Origin: Macrostomum lignano
Taxonomy: Eukaryota
Assembly (NCBI GenBank): GCA_002269645.1
Contig: NIVC01002177.1
Coordinates: forward strand, 62,001-126,000
Reading direction: 5' to 3'
DNA: 64,000 nt
Shown here: piece after piece, positions 37,483 through 50,500 of the stretch
How positions within the stretch are numbered: the stretch's first letter is position 1
How the letters are laid out: the number at the start of each line of letters is the position of its first letter
The notes under the pieces: generated by a model
The model's input: the letters and a program-made list of their open reading frames with translations, nothing else
What the model was told of the DNA's origin: nothing
Databases searched by the model: none
Translations under genes and position numbers: made by a program

Positions 37483-38221
37483 GCTAGATTTAATAATAGT
37501 CGAATTACACGTGTGTATACATGCAATTGTCTTAGTAGATAATAAATTCTCTCACTAATGCGATAATAAACTCAACATTAGAACTTGCAGTTCGACTCAG
37601 TAAAGTACATATTAAGTGCATGTACACGAGTTAAAATAATGACAAAGCAACGAATCGAGAAGTACAAGGAATGTATATACTCTTATATTTATATTTGACA
37701 CGGCAAACTGAACAGAAAAAGCAAGGTAAGGTACAGGTCTAAACAAAGAAACACATATCGATCTCTTCCCAGCTACAGATTTTCTCACATGGTAAATTTC
37801 ATTCAGCTCCAACTTTCACCTGCCTTTCCTTTCATCGCGCCATTTGATAAAAAAAAGTCGCATTATCGAACTTCGGAATGCTTGACGCCATAATTTCTGG
37901 GAATTTTTGAGCTTGACTTTTGAGCAAAATTTATACAGATCAGCACAGAAAAACGCTGATTAGCATGGTTATTATAAGAAGCCAACATTAGCTCAGTACA
38001 AATGGAATGTTTGCATACACAGCGCAGTGAAATACTATTCAGTAGAGGTATTACTAATAAATAGCAAATCTGAGCAAATACCGACATCATCAGGAGAATG
38101 AATAGAGCAATTCACTAATTAGCAGCCAAAAGGTTTAGAATCGGCAAACGCAAAAGCAAATTAGAAATTAGACAACGAATTTTGCTCGTACATGCGAAGT
38201 CGCTATTAACAAACAAAGATT

Positions 38222-41200
38222 TCACGAAGCAGCGGCAGCAGCTCGCAGCATTTCAGACTGCTTGGACCGCAGCCAGCGAGACAGCGGGTCGCGCTGGTCG
38301 CCAGAGTACAGAGTGTAGAACCGCATGCCAACTATAGACACTGGGCTGGGCCGCCTCTCCGGTTCTTTCTGTAGGCTGCATTGGTTTTGGCAATAATCAG
38401 CTGACATGTCTGGCCGATGTTAATCGAAATCAAGCAATGCTATCACACGCGATGATTTGTTTTACAATACAGAATGGAACCTCAGGACCAGAAAGGAACG
38501 GTAGCTTCACCTCAGGACCAGATGGGAATGGCCAGTTTCACCTCAGGACCAGATGGGAATGGCCAGTTTCACCTCAGGACCAGATGGGAATGGTCAGTTT
38601 CACCTCAGGACCAGATGGGAATGGTCAGTTTCACCTCAGGACCAGATGGGAATGGCCAGTTTTACCTCAGGACCAGATGGGAATGGCCAGTTTCACCTCA
38701 GGACCAGATGGGAATGGCCAGTTTCACCTCAGGACCAGATGGGAATGGCCAGTTTTACCTCAGGACCAGATGGGAATGGCCAGTTTTACCTCAGGACCAG
38801 ATGGGAATGGCCAGTTTCACCTGGGGATCAGATGGGAATGGTGAGTTTCACCTCAGGACCAGATGGGAATGGCCAGTTTTACCTCAGGACCAGATGGGAA
38901 TGGCCAGTTTCACCTGGGGATCAGATGGGAATGGTCAGTTTCACCTCAGGACCAGATGGGAATGGTCAGTTTTACCTCAGGACCAGATGGGAATGGCCAG
39001 TTTTACCTCAGGACCAGATGGGAATGGCCAGTTTTACCTCAGGACCAGATGGGAATGGCCAGTTTCACCTGGGGATCAGATGGGAATGGTCAGTTTCACC
39101 TCAGGACCAGATGGGAATGGTCAGTTTCACCTTAGGACCAGATGGGAATGGTCAGTTTCACCTCAGGACCAGATGGGAATGGCCAGTTTCACCTCAGGAC
39201 CAGATGGGAATGGCCAGTTTTACCTCAGGACCAGATGGGAATGGCCAGTTTCACCTGGGGATCAGATGGGAATGGTCAGTTTCACCTCAGGACCAGATGG
39301 GAATGGTCAGTTTCACCTTAGGACCAGATGGGAATGGTCAGTTTCACCTCAGGACCAGATGGGAATGGCCAGTTTCACCTGGGGATCAGATGGGAATCGC
39401 CAGTTTTACCTGCGGATCAGATGGGAATGACAGTTTTACCTGAGGACCAAGGCGGGAGTGGCACTTCCCCTGAGGACCAAGGCGGGAGTGGCACTTTCCC
39501 TTAAGGACCAAAGCGAGAGTGACACTTTAACCTGAGGACCGAGGCGGGAATGGCACTTTCCCCTGAGGACCAATGCGGGAATGGCACTTCTGAGGACCAA
39601 TGTGGGAATTGCACTTTCCCTGAGGACCAAGGCGGGAGTGGCACTTCTCCTGAGGACCAAGGCGGGAGTGGCACTTTAACCTGAGGACCCTAGGTCGGGA
39701 GTGGCACTTCCCCTGAGGACCAAGGCGGGAGTCACACTTTCCCTGAGGACCAAGGCGGGAGTGGCACTTCTCCTGAGGACCAAGGCGGGAGTGGCACTTT
39801 AACCTGAGGACCCTAGGTCGGGAGTGGCACTTCCCCCGAGGACCAAGGCGGGAGTCACACTTTCCCTGAGGACCAAGGCGGGAGTGCACTTCTCCTGAGG
39901 ACCAAGGCGGGAGTGGCACTTTAACCTGAGGACCCTAGGGCGGGAGTGGCACTTCCCCTGAGGACCAAGGCGGGAGTGGCACTTTCCCTGAGGACCAAGG
40001 CGGGAGTGGCACTTCTCCTGAGGACCAAGGCGGGAGTGGCACTTTAACGTGAGGACCCTAGGGCGGGAGTGGCACTTTCCCTGAGGACCAAGGCGGGAGT
40101 GGCACTTCCCCCGAGGACCAAGGCGGGAGTAGCACTTCCCCCGAGGACCAAAGCGGGAGTGGCACTTCCCCTGAGGACCAAGGCGGGAGTGGCACTTCCC
40201 TCGAGGACCAAGGCGGGAGTGGCACTTCCCCCGAGGACCAAGGCGGGAGTGGCACTTCCCCCGAGGACCAAGGCGGGAGTGGCACTTCCCCCGAGGACCA
40301 AAGCGGGAGTGGCACTTCCCCTGAGGACCAAGGCGGGAGTGGCACTTCCCTCGAGGACCAAGGCGGGAGTGGCACTTCCACCGAGGACCAAGGCGGGAGT
40401 GGCACTTCCCCTGAGGACCAAGGCGGGAGTGGCACTTCCCCCGAGGACCAAGGCGGGAGTGGCACTTCCCCTGAGGACCAAGGCGGGAGTGGCACTTCCC
40501 CCGAGGACCAAGGCGGGAGTGGCACTTCCCCCGAGGACCAAGGCGGGAGTGGCACTTCCCCTGAGGACCAAGGCGGGAGTGGCACTTCCCCCGAGGACCA
40601 AGGCGGGAGTAGCAGTCTCAACTGGGGAGCAGATGGAATGACAGCCAACATAGGAGCAGAGGAGCACAAGGCCGGAGCTGCCAACTGCGGATGGCTCACC
40701 AGGCATCTACAAACTGTATCAGGTCAGCAGAGAACTCCGCGGCCGATAAACGAGGCGCCGGCCCTCCAACTACAGCCTGCGCAATGAGCATCGGGCCAGA
40801 CAGACCCTGGCCAACCGGGAAGGGCAGCGAGCCCGTGGCCAGCTCAAATAGGGTGATGCCCAGACTCCAAACGTCGGAATGGACTCTGTACTCCATGCCC
40901 ATGATGCGCTCAGGGGACATGTAGGCGCTGGTGCCGCAGTAGGACAGGGCGATGGAGCTCTTCAGCTGGATTGCCAGGCCGAAGTCGCACAGTTTCACAT
41001 CGCCGGCACTATTCACAAGGATGTTGGCGGTCTTCACGTCTCTGTGCATGACGCCCTTGCCCCACAGGTAGCGAAGGCCGTCAACAACGCAGCGACAGAC
41101 GAAACCTGTGTAAATTGGTATTGGTTTAGCTGCGGAATCTAGACTTTACCTGTAAAATGGGGACTGTCAGTTGTGGAATGGGGACTGTCAGTTGTGGGAT

Positions 41201-44200
41201 GGGGACTGTCAGTTGTGGGATGGGGACTGTCAGTTGTGGGATGGGGACTCTCAGTTGTGGGATGGGGATTGTCAGTTGTGGGATGGGGACTGTCAGTTGT
41301 GGGATGGGGATTGTCAGCTGTGGAATGGGGACTGTCAGTTGTGGGATGGGGACTCTCAGTTGTGGGATGGGGACTGTCAGTTGTGGGATGGGGACTGTCA
41401 GTTGTGGGATGGGGACTGTCAGTTGTGGGATGGGGACTGTCAGTTGTGGGATGGGGATTGTCAGCTGTGGAATGGGGACTGTCAGTTGTGGGATGGGGAT
41501 TGTCAGTTGTGGAATTGGGACGGTCAGTTGTGGAATGGGGACTGTCAGCTGTGGGATGGGGATCGTCAGCTGTGAAATGAGGACTGTCAGTTGTGGGATG
41601 CGGACCCACACTCACCGAGAATCTGCTCCGGCAGCCGGCCGTACTTGTCCAAAGACCCACCATCCATCCAGTCTGTGCACACGTGAATGGTGTTTTCCAC
41701 AAAGAAAGCGCCCAGATAGGCAATAATGTAAGGTGATGAGCAGTTGGCCAGAATCTCCAGCTCAATCTGGATTCTGGAGTGGAAGGCCTCGTCCATCTCA
41801 AGGTCGATGCACTTGATGGCCACAGGCTTGCCGCTGGATAACTGCACCGCCCGATAGACAATGCCGAACTGGCCCCGCCCGATCACCTGGCCGTAGGCGA
41901 ATTGCTTGGGCGACAGGGGCGCGTTGCCGCCTGGCGCGCCAGTTGCCGCTGCACAGCTGCCGGACTGAAGGGATGGCAAAAGGGCAGTGCGGAGCGAAGG
42001 CTAAAGCCAGGATTTCTTGACCATTAATCATACAAAGATTCCATTTATAAAACCTGCTAATCGTGTACCTGTGTACATACACAGAGATAATACAGGAAGC
42101 TTATTTAGCAAAGTGACCCTGTCAATATCTCTAACAATCATGTACTTTAGCTTATTCACTATTAACATTGTGTTGTTGCAGTCTATGATATGAGAATCTT
42201 ACAGTGCTTCCTACAGCTTGTTTTAACTAGAAAATGAGAATCTAAGAGCGCTTCCTACAGCTTGTTTTAACTAGAAAATGAGAATCTAAGAGTGCTTCCT
42301 ACAGCTTGTTTTAACTAGAAAATGAGAATCTAACAGCGCTTCCTACAGCTTGTTTTAACTTGAAAATGAGAATCTAACAGCGCTTCCTACAGCTTGTTTT
42401 AACTTGAAAATGAGAATCTAACAGCGCTTCCTACAGCTTGTTTTAACTTGAAAATGAGAATCTAACAGCGCTTCCTACAGCTTGTTTTAACTTGAAAATG
42501 AGAATCTAACAGCGCTTCCTACAGCTTGTTTTAACTTGAAAATGAGAATCTAACAGCGCTTCCTACAGCTTGTTTTAACTTGAAAATGAGAATCCAACAG
42601 CGCTTCCTACAGCTTGTTTTAACTTGAAAATGAGAATCCAACAGCGCTTCCTACAGCTTGTTTTAACTTGAAAATAAGAATCCAACAGCGCTTCCTACAG
42701 CTTGTTTTAACTAGAAAATAAGAATCTAATAGCGCTTCCTACAGCTTGTTTTAACTAGAAAATGAGAATCTAACAGCGCTTCCTACAGCTTGTTTTAACT
42801 TGAAAATGAGAATCTAACAGCGCTTCCTATAGCTTGTTTTAACTTGAAAATGAGAATCTAACAGCGCTTCCTACAGCTTGTTTTAACTTGAAAATGAGAA
42901 TCTAACAGCGCTTCCTACAGCTTGTTTTAACTTGAAAATGAGAATCTAACAGCGCTTCCTACAGCTTGTTTTAACTTGAAAATGAGAATCTAACAGCGCT
43001 TCCTACAGCTTGTTTTAACTTGAAAATGAGAATCTAACAGCGCTTCCTACAGCTTGTTTTAACTTGAAAATGAGAATCTAACAGCGCTTCCTACAGCTTG
43101 TTTTAACTTGAAAATGAGAATCTAACAGCGCTTCCTACAGCTTGTTTTAACTTGAAAATGAGAATCTAACAGCGCTTCCTACAGCTTGTTTTAACTTGAA
43201 AATGAGAATCCAACAGCGCTTCCTACAGCTTGTTTTAACTAGAAAATGAGAATCTAACAGCGCTTCCTACAGCTTGTTTTAACTTGAAAATGAGAATCTA
43301 ACAGCGCTTCCTATAGCTTGTTTTAACTTGAAAATGAGAATCTAACAGCGCTTCCTACAGCTTGTTTTAACTAGAAAATGAGAATCTAACAGCGCTTCCT
43401 ACAGCTTGTTTTAACTTGAAAATGAGAATCTAACAGCGCTTCCTACAGCTTGTTTTAACTAGAAAATGAGAATCTAACAGCGCTTCCTACAGCTTGTTTT
43501 AACTTGAAAATGAGAATCTAACAGCGCTTCCTACAGCTTGTTTTAACTTGAAAATGAGAATCTAACAGCGCTTCCTACAGCTTGTTTTAACTTGAAAATG
43601 AGAATCTAACAGCGCTTCCTACAGCTTGTTTTAACTTGAAAATGAGAATCTAACAGCGCTTCCTACAGCTTGTTTTAACTTGAAAATGAGAATCTAACAG
43701 CGCTTCCTACAGCTTGTTTTAACTTGAAAATGAGAATCTAACAGCGCTTCCTACAGCTTGTTTTAACTTGAAAATGAGAATCTAACAGCGCTTCCTACAG
43801 CTTGTTTTAACTTGAAAATGAGAATCTAACAGCGCTTCCTACAGCTTGTTTTAACTTGAAAATGAGAATCTAACAGCGCTTCCTACAGCTTGTTTTAACT
43901 TGAAAATGAGAATCTAACAGCGCTTCCTACAGCTTGTTTTAACTTGAAAATGAGAATCTAACAGCGCTTCCTACAGCTTGTTTTAACTTGAAAATGAGAA
44001 TCTAACAGCGCTTCCTACAGCTTGTTTTAACTTGAAAATGAGAATCTAACAGCGCTTCCTACAGCTTGTTTTAACTTGAAAATGAGAATCTAACAGCGCT
44101 TCCTACAGCTTGTTTTAACTTGAAAATGAGAATCTAACAGCGCTTCCTACAGCTTGTTTTAACTTGAAAATGAGAATCTAACAGCGCTTCCTACAGCTTG

Positions 44201-45483
44201 TTTTAACTTGAAAATGAGAATCTAACAGCGCTTCCTACAGCTTGTTTTAACTTGAAAATGAGAATCTAACAGCGCTTCCTACAGCTTGTTTTAACTTGAA
44301 AATGAGAATCTAACAGCGCTTCCTACAGCTTGTTTTAACTTGAAAATGAGAATCTAACAGCGCTTCCTACAGCTTGTTTTAACTTGAAAATGAGAATCTA
44401 ACAGCGCTTCCTACAGCTTGTTTTAACTTGAAAATGAGAATCTAACAGCGCTTCCTACAGCTTGTTTTAACTTGAAAATGAGAATCTAACAGCGCTTCCT
44501 ACAGCTTGTTTTAACTTGAAAAAGCCAGCCGCACCTGCATCGGAGACAGGTGCGTTGAAAACGGCGGAGTTGGCGGAGACAGGGAGCTCGGCGCCCCAGC
44601 AATCCACGGAGCCGGTAGCGGAGTCTGCGTTGGCTGCGGCGGCGCCTGCTGTTGAACAGACACGCAACCCTGCTGGCTGCAGTGGAACCGCACCACCTGG
44701 TTGTATTCAATCAGCTGATGAAGATCGTTATCGTCCCGTACAGTCACCAAATCGCCGTCCTCGTCTTCGCACCTTGATTAGACGGGTAGCAATGTGAATT
44801 TTTGTCAATAAGACTGCTGCCGGCGACATCAGCCACAACCAGCGCCCATTTCACTGACTCCTGAGTACATAAAAGCGCTCCAATACTGTACGCAGGCACG
44901 CACTCATGCACACGCTCAATGGGTAGGTGTGCAACCGACAGCTCAGCCGCAGCTATTGCGAGGCGCATCTGAAGGCTGCGTACGGCTGTTCAGTCCAAGG
45001 ACTGGGGGGTCGCCACACGCACCCTCAATTACCCCAGCTAATGCTGGCACCCATTAATTACAGCTGGGTGAACTGAAGCAATGCAGAGTCAAGTGTCTTG
45101 CTTAACGACACAAACTGTTTTTGTGGGACCGGGAATCGAACCCCAGACCTTTAAGTCGTGAATCCGACGCTACAACCACTAGGCCATGGAGGGCACGCAC
45201 TCACACACACGCTCACACAGGGTGTACAGCGGCCCCAACTTTCTAATCGACAGGCATGTACGTTCCCTGTGCCTTGGAGGGTTGGTCCTCATGGTTGTGA
45301 ACCTGGGGTCGTGGCGCCTATCTGGACATTGCAAAAAACACCATCTCTGATGTACCTGAAATAGTCGCTGAGCTGTACACCAGCAGTGGCTGACAACTGT
45401 GCCAGCAGCTGGCTAAGCTGGGCAGCCGGTTCAACCAGTAGCGAGCTGGTCTCGGCGCTGGCGCCGAATATCTGGATCCTCAT
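38222..45483 (-). CDS. MAP2K5: Dual-specificity MAP kinase kinase 5 (PB1 + kinase)
   Basis: Exons 45483-45356, 44772-44535, 41964(or 42000)-41616, 41105-40700, 38375-38222. PB1 motif YFRCEDEDGDLVTVR; GRGQFG, VAIK, HRDVK, DFG, GTSAYMSPER, CLQKEPERRPS. Confidence 0.92.
38478..39440. repeat. 31-bp minisatellite (cacctcaggaccagatgggaatggccagttt), ~31 copies
   Basis: Direct inspection; last MAP2K5 intron. Confidence 0.96.
39441..40612. repeat. 30-bp minisatellite (ctgaggaccaaggcgggagtggcacttccc), ~39 copies
   Basis: Directly adjoins the 31-bp array; units are alignable. Confidence 0.96.
41155..41605. repeat. 21-bp G-rich minisatellite (gggatggggactgtcagttgt), ~21 copies
   Basis: Fills MAP2K5 intron 41106-41615, starting ~10 bp from the donor. 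Confidence 0.96.
42195..44522. repeat. 44-bp minisatellite (aacagcgcttcctacagcttgttttaacttgaaaatgagaatct), ~53 copies
   Basis: Period 44; starts ~12 bp from the MAP2K5 donor at 44534. Confidence 0.98.
44925..45187 (-). mobile_element. tRNA-headed CORE-like SINE inside a family-2 repeat
   Basis: Flanked by a 24-bp duplication (44895-44918 and 45192-45215, 2 mismatches). Confidence 0.88.
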
Positions 45484-46425
45484 GCACGCGAGCCACAGCC
45501 GGCAGCCTGCAATGTCCGGGATTCACGCTAAATTAGCATTGCACACTAATAAACAGCCCTAAGGCAATCTACTACCCTATAAAGATGACACCCTCCATTA
45601 ACCTGTTCCCACGAGCTACTCCCCGCACTAGACAACCTATATCACATCTGCATTGAGTCAAAAAGGAAGCAAATGTCAAACAGCAGTACAAGTGCTAAAG
45701 TTGCAGCATCATATGCAGAATGCTCATATATATTTACAACACAATAAGTCTATACAATAACTAAAGAGTTACAGCCAGAGTTAAAGCCAAGCTTCAATTG
45801 GAAAAGCTGGGACAATGGACAAAACTACTATAGCTAGTTTATTGTAGCAAAAATAATTCAAACAGATCATAACTGAGATTCACAAGTTCAACTTTTTCAA
45901 GCAATCAACAGTAATCAATACACAGCAAGGATTTGATACAAATAACTTTCTACAGACAAAAAAGTACCGTACTAATGAAAGGAGCCTCACAGAGACGTGA
46001 ATGAATCAAGAAAGCGCTAGCAATGTTAATTGAATAGCATAGCAACATAAAATTAAAGTATTTATGTACACACAAACACAGAGGCAGATCTACAACCCTT
46101 AGCTGACGAAGAGCATTCTATTCGTTCTCTTACGATTAGCTTACGACTTGACAAACTTATCCACTTAAAAATTTTAACCAGAAACTCTGCTCATATGTAC
46201 AGCACAAAGCTTTAGTATATATCAGTGATGCATATAGTCTTGGGGCCAATTTGATGAAGCATGATTGTTAGTCAAGAATCATTGAATCTGTGCTTTTATT
46301 AGGCTTCACTTTTACGAAACTTCAATTGATAAGAGCCAATCATGGCACCACTAGAAAATTGTTTCGTTTGAGATCCTAAAACCCCACCTTCTATATATAT
46401 TACTTAGAAGGCCACTGCAGCCGCC

Positions 46426-46546
46426 TGGCCGCAACGCAAAAACCTCGGGGTTCAGACCATAGACTGAAGCTTCTGCTGCGCTCAAGCATTAGCAGCAGCA
46501 GCTGGTGTCTGTGGCCCAAACCCCGGGGTTTTCGCGCTGGCGGTCG
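46426..46546. repeat. ~120-bp imperfect inverted repeat (mini-MITE or hairpin)
   Basis: gcaaaaacctcggggttcagaccatagac vs gtctgtggcccaaaccccggggttttcgc. Confidence 0.65.
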
Positions 46547-46709
46547 CTAAATACATTAGCAAATGCTGAAGTGACAAAATCTAGGAATATAATCGTAGAA
46601 TCGGTGGCTAAAACTGGTTTTAGGAAATAAAAATCAACTCGTCATTGCTAAAAAGCACTGATACACAGCGGTGTGATTTTTAATCATCTTTTTAATCAAA
46701 TTGGATTTA

Positions 46710-47012
46710 CTATAATAATAATTGATTACACCTGCCCTAATGGCCAGATGTGCAACCGACAGCTCAGCCGCAGCTATTGCGCGGCGCATCTGAAGGCTGC
46801 GTACGGCTGTTCAGTCCAAGGACTGGGGGTCGCCACACACACCCTCAATTACCCCAGCTAATGCTGGCACCCATTTTACAGCTGGGTGAACTGAAGCAAT
46901 GCAGAGTTAAGTGTCTTGCTCAAGGACGCAAATTGTTCCAGTGGGATCGGTAATCGAACCCCCGACCTTTCAGTTGTGAGACCGACGCTATAACCACTAG
47001 GCTGCAACCCCC
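46710..47012 (-). mobile_element. tRNA-headed CORE-like SINE, full length (~300 bp)
   Basis: Head GGGGTTGCAGCCTAGTGG...GGTTCGATTACC, core CCTTGAGCAAGACACTTAAC...CTGTAAAATGGG, ATT-repeat tail. Confidence 0.9.
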
Positions 47013-47556
47013 TGAAGTTATAGTATTTACTATAACTATGGGATGTTACAAATGAGCCACAGCAACGCCCCCATAGAGTATACCTTCCATGGGGGATTCT
47101 TTGATGGTGACGACTGCGTGCAGCGATTCAGTCTTACGTAGAATCTGGTCCAGCACTGTAACCCCCGACTCGAAGAAGCTGCACCCTTGAACCAACTCAG
47201 CTGATCTCAGGCTGCGTTGCGTTTCTATCAATCAATTATCAAATTTAGAACAATAAAAATAAATGCTGCTGTTATTCTTCAATGCTGCACTCCTTGTTTT
47301 TTATGCTACGTCGTGAAGATATAGTGTAAAGTTTAAACTGAAGTTGGATGCTGCCCATATCAGGAAAATTTCTGGGTAAAAATTCCAATATGATTACCCT
47401 ACACTTTTCGTTACTTTTGAAACACTATTTTGATTAAAAGCAATCAAACTAATTAATATTGTGGCGAATTCGAAAATACTGTGTTGATCACAAATAATCG
47501 CCTGATATTTTAGTAAACATTAATATAAATTAGTAAAGAATTTCTTGCGCGCACTA

Positions 47557-50500
47557 CTACTGCAAGCAGAAAATGATCTCAGGAATTTGCCCATCCTCCA
47601 CAGATGTACCATTGTTATTGCCGGCAGCGTAGCAGAACTGGAAAGTCACCTTGCCGTGACTGGGCGAGTCGTGAGTTATCTTACGCGCTCCCTTAGTGCC
47701 GTAGTAACTGTCCGGCCCCTTCAGCGTGGCGCACGCCATGTAGTTGACATTTTCAAGCACCTCTACTGGCTCTTTGAAGCAAACGCGAAATGTACTATTG
47801 GAACCGTCGCATTGGAAAGCGGTGTCATTTGAGCCGAGCAGGCGGCCACTGTCCGTGTGTATTATCTCAACCTGTTAATGTGTGTGTGGGCGTTGTGTAC
47901 GGCTATACATTCAGATAAGCCTGTCATCTCGGTCTACCGCCCTTGCGTATCGCAATATTGTAACTCAACTGCCTTACAAAACAACATCGATTAAGCACGT
48001 GTATATTTTAAAATATTTCCTCAACGTCCTCCGGTCCAAGGCTGGTCATCACCCCAAGCTTATACAGTTCATGGCTAGTCATCAGCCCAAGCTTATACAG
48101 TTCATGGCTAGTCATCAGCCCAAGCTTATACAGTTCATGGCTAGTCATCAATCCAAGCTTCAGTTCCTGGCTAGTCATCAGCCCAAGCTTATACAGTTCA
48201 TGGCTAGTCATCAGCCCAAGCTTATACAGTTCATGGCTGGTCATCACCCCAAGCTTATACAGTTCATGGCTAGTCATCAGCCCAAGCTTTAGTTCATGGC
48301 TAGTCATCAGCCCAAGCTTATACAGTTCATGGCTAGTCATCAGCCCAAGCTTTAGTTCATGGCTAGTCATCAGCTCAAGCTTATACAGTTCATGGCTGGT
48401 CATCAGCCCAAGCTTATACAGTTCATGGCTAGTCATCAGCCCAAGCTTTAGTTCATGGCTAGTCATCAGCTCAAGCTTATACAGTTCATGGCTGGTCATC
48501 AGCCCAAGCTTATACAGTTCATGGCTAGTCATCAGCCCAAGCTTATACAGTTCATGGCTAGTCATCAGCCCAAGCTTATACAGTTCATGGCTAGTCATCA
48601 GCCCAAGCTTATACAGTTCATGGCTGGTCATCAGCCCAAGCTTATACAGTTCATGGCTAGTCATCAGCCCAAGCTTATACAGTTCATGGCTAGTCATCAG
48701 CCCAAGCTTCAGTTCCTGGCTAGTCATCAGCCCAAGCTTCAGTTCATGGCTAGTCATTAGCCCAAGCTTATACAGTTCATGGCTGGTCATCAGCCCAAGC
48801 TTATACAGTTCATGGCTGGTCATCAGCTCAAGCTTATACAGTTCATGGCTGGTCATCAGCCCAAGCTTATACAGTTCATGGCTAGTCATCAGCCCAAGCT
48901 TATACAGTTCATGGCTAGTCATCAGCCCAAGCTTATACAGTTCATGGCTAGTCATCAGCCCAAGCTTATACAGTTCATGGCTAGTCATCAGCCCAAGCTT
49001 ATACAGTTCATGGCTAGTCATCAGCCCAAGCTTATACAGTTCATGGCTAGTCATCAGCCCAAGCTTATACAGTTCATGGCTAGTCATCAGCCCAAGCTTA
49101 TACAGTTCATGGCTAGTCATCAGCCCAAGCTTATACAGTTCATGGCTGGTCATCAGCCCAAGCTTATACAGTTCATGGCTAGTCATCAGCCCAAGCTTCA
49201 GTTCATGGCTAGTCATTAGCCCAAGCTTATACAGTTCATGGCTGGTTATCACCCCAGGATCCTGCGGTCCATGGCTGGCCATCACCCCAGGATCCTGCGG
49301 TCCATGGCTGGCCATCACTATCACTATCTATAGCTAGTCATAGAGGACATCCCATCCAATGAGGTCATTACTCCCTAGTCCCTGTCCACAACAGTGCTAA
49401 TCAGTGCACAGCTGCTATTACTACAAAAGCCCAAGCCGCAAATCACCTTGACAGAATAGTCGGCCGGACCGTGGATCGAGCCGTACAGGCCAAATCCGAC
49501 CACCAGAATGCGCCGGTTGACGCTGAATCGAACTCGGTCACTGGTGCCGGAGTAGCCCCAGCGCTGCTCTACAGCGCAGAACCGGCTAATCACGTGCTCC
49601 TTGCCGGCATATGAGCACCTGGGCTGATCATTGAACCCCGTGCAAGGCTTTGGATTGGTGTAATAATACATGAAAACACTGACAGCCTCTTGGTCTAGTA
49701 GGACTCGGCTCTGCACCACGCAGTGCGCGAACTCTTCCGGTGACATCAGCGGAAACCGAATGAGGCCCAGCGCGCGGCCGAGCTCTCGTCGGAGATTTTC
49801 AGGCGTGCAGGACACGCCCGCCTTGGCTAAGCGGCTCTCTGCCCAGCGCCTGAGATGAGCAGCAGATTTTTTGTTTATCAACTGATTTAGTTTGTTTAAA
49901 GTAGAAACGCTATCAAAACTACAATGTAATAATGATAATACTTATCACAATAGGGTTGTGGACACCCTGGCGCAATGCTTCCGGTGAAATCGCTCCACAG
50001 CCACTGACTCCTGAGCACACACAAGCGTGCAAATAGTGTACACAGGCACATAAATAATAATTGATTGCACCTGCCCTAATGTGTAGATGCAGTGCAACCG
50101 ACAGCTCAGCCGCAGCTATTGCGCGGCGCATCTGAAGGCTGCGTACGGCTGTTCAGTCAGAGGACTGGAGGGGGGGGGGGTTTCGCCACAAACACCTTTA
50201 ATTATCCCAGCTAATGCTGGTACCCATGTTACAGCTTAGAATCGAACTCCCGCCCGACCTTTCAGTCGTGAGTCTAACGCTCTAACCACTAGGTTAAAAC
50301 GCAGGCCACGCAGGGCATGCACTCATACACACGCTCACATTGGGTGTACAACGGCCCTGATCGTCAGGCATGCACACTCTCTGTGGCCCCTTGGGGGGGG
50401 GAGGGGTTGGCCCTCATGTGTGTGAATCTGAATCACTTGCCAACCTCCGGCTATAAATGTAGCCGCGAACGGAATCCAACGAGAGGTCGTAGGGCGACAG

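Noticed and set aside
24768-44522. CRISPR-like appearance of 29-44-bp arrays
   Set aside because: Units are head-to-tail with no unique spacers, there are no cas genes, and the context is eukaryotic.
46940-47012. tRNA genes at SINE heads (also fragments at ~7707-7765 and ~22686-22750)
   Set aside because: A/B boxes are present but there is no complete cloverleaf or acceptor stem; the main family continues into a SINE body.
1577-49324. Long ORFs over tandem arrays (e.g. 3620-4739, 5367-6286, 27418-28920, 38474-39443, 40044-40706, 48008-49324)
   Set aside because: They are translations of stop-free repeat units in several frames and on both strands, lying inside introns defined by conserved exons.
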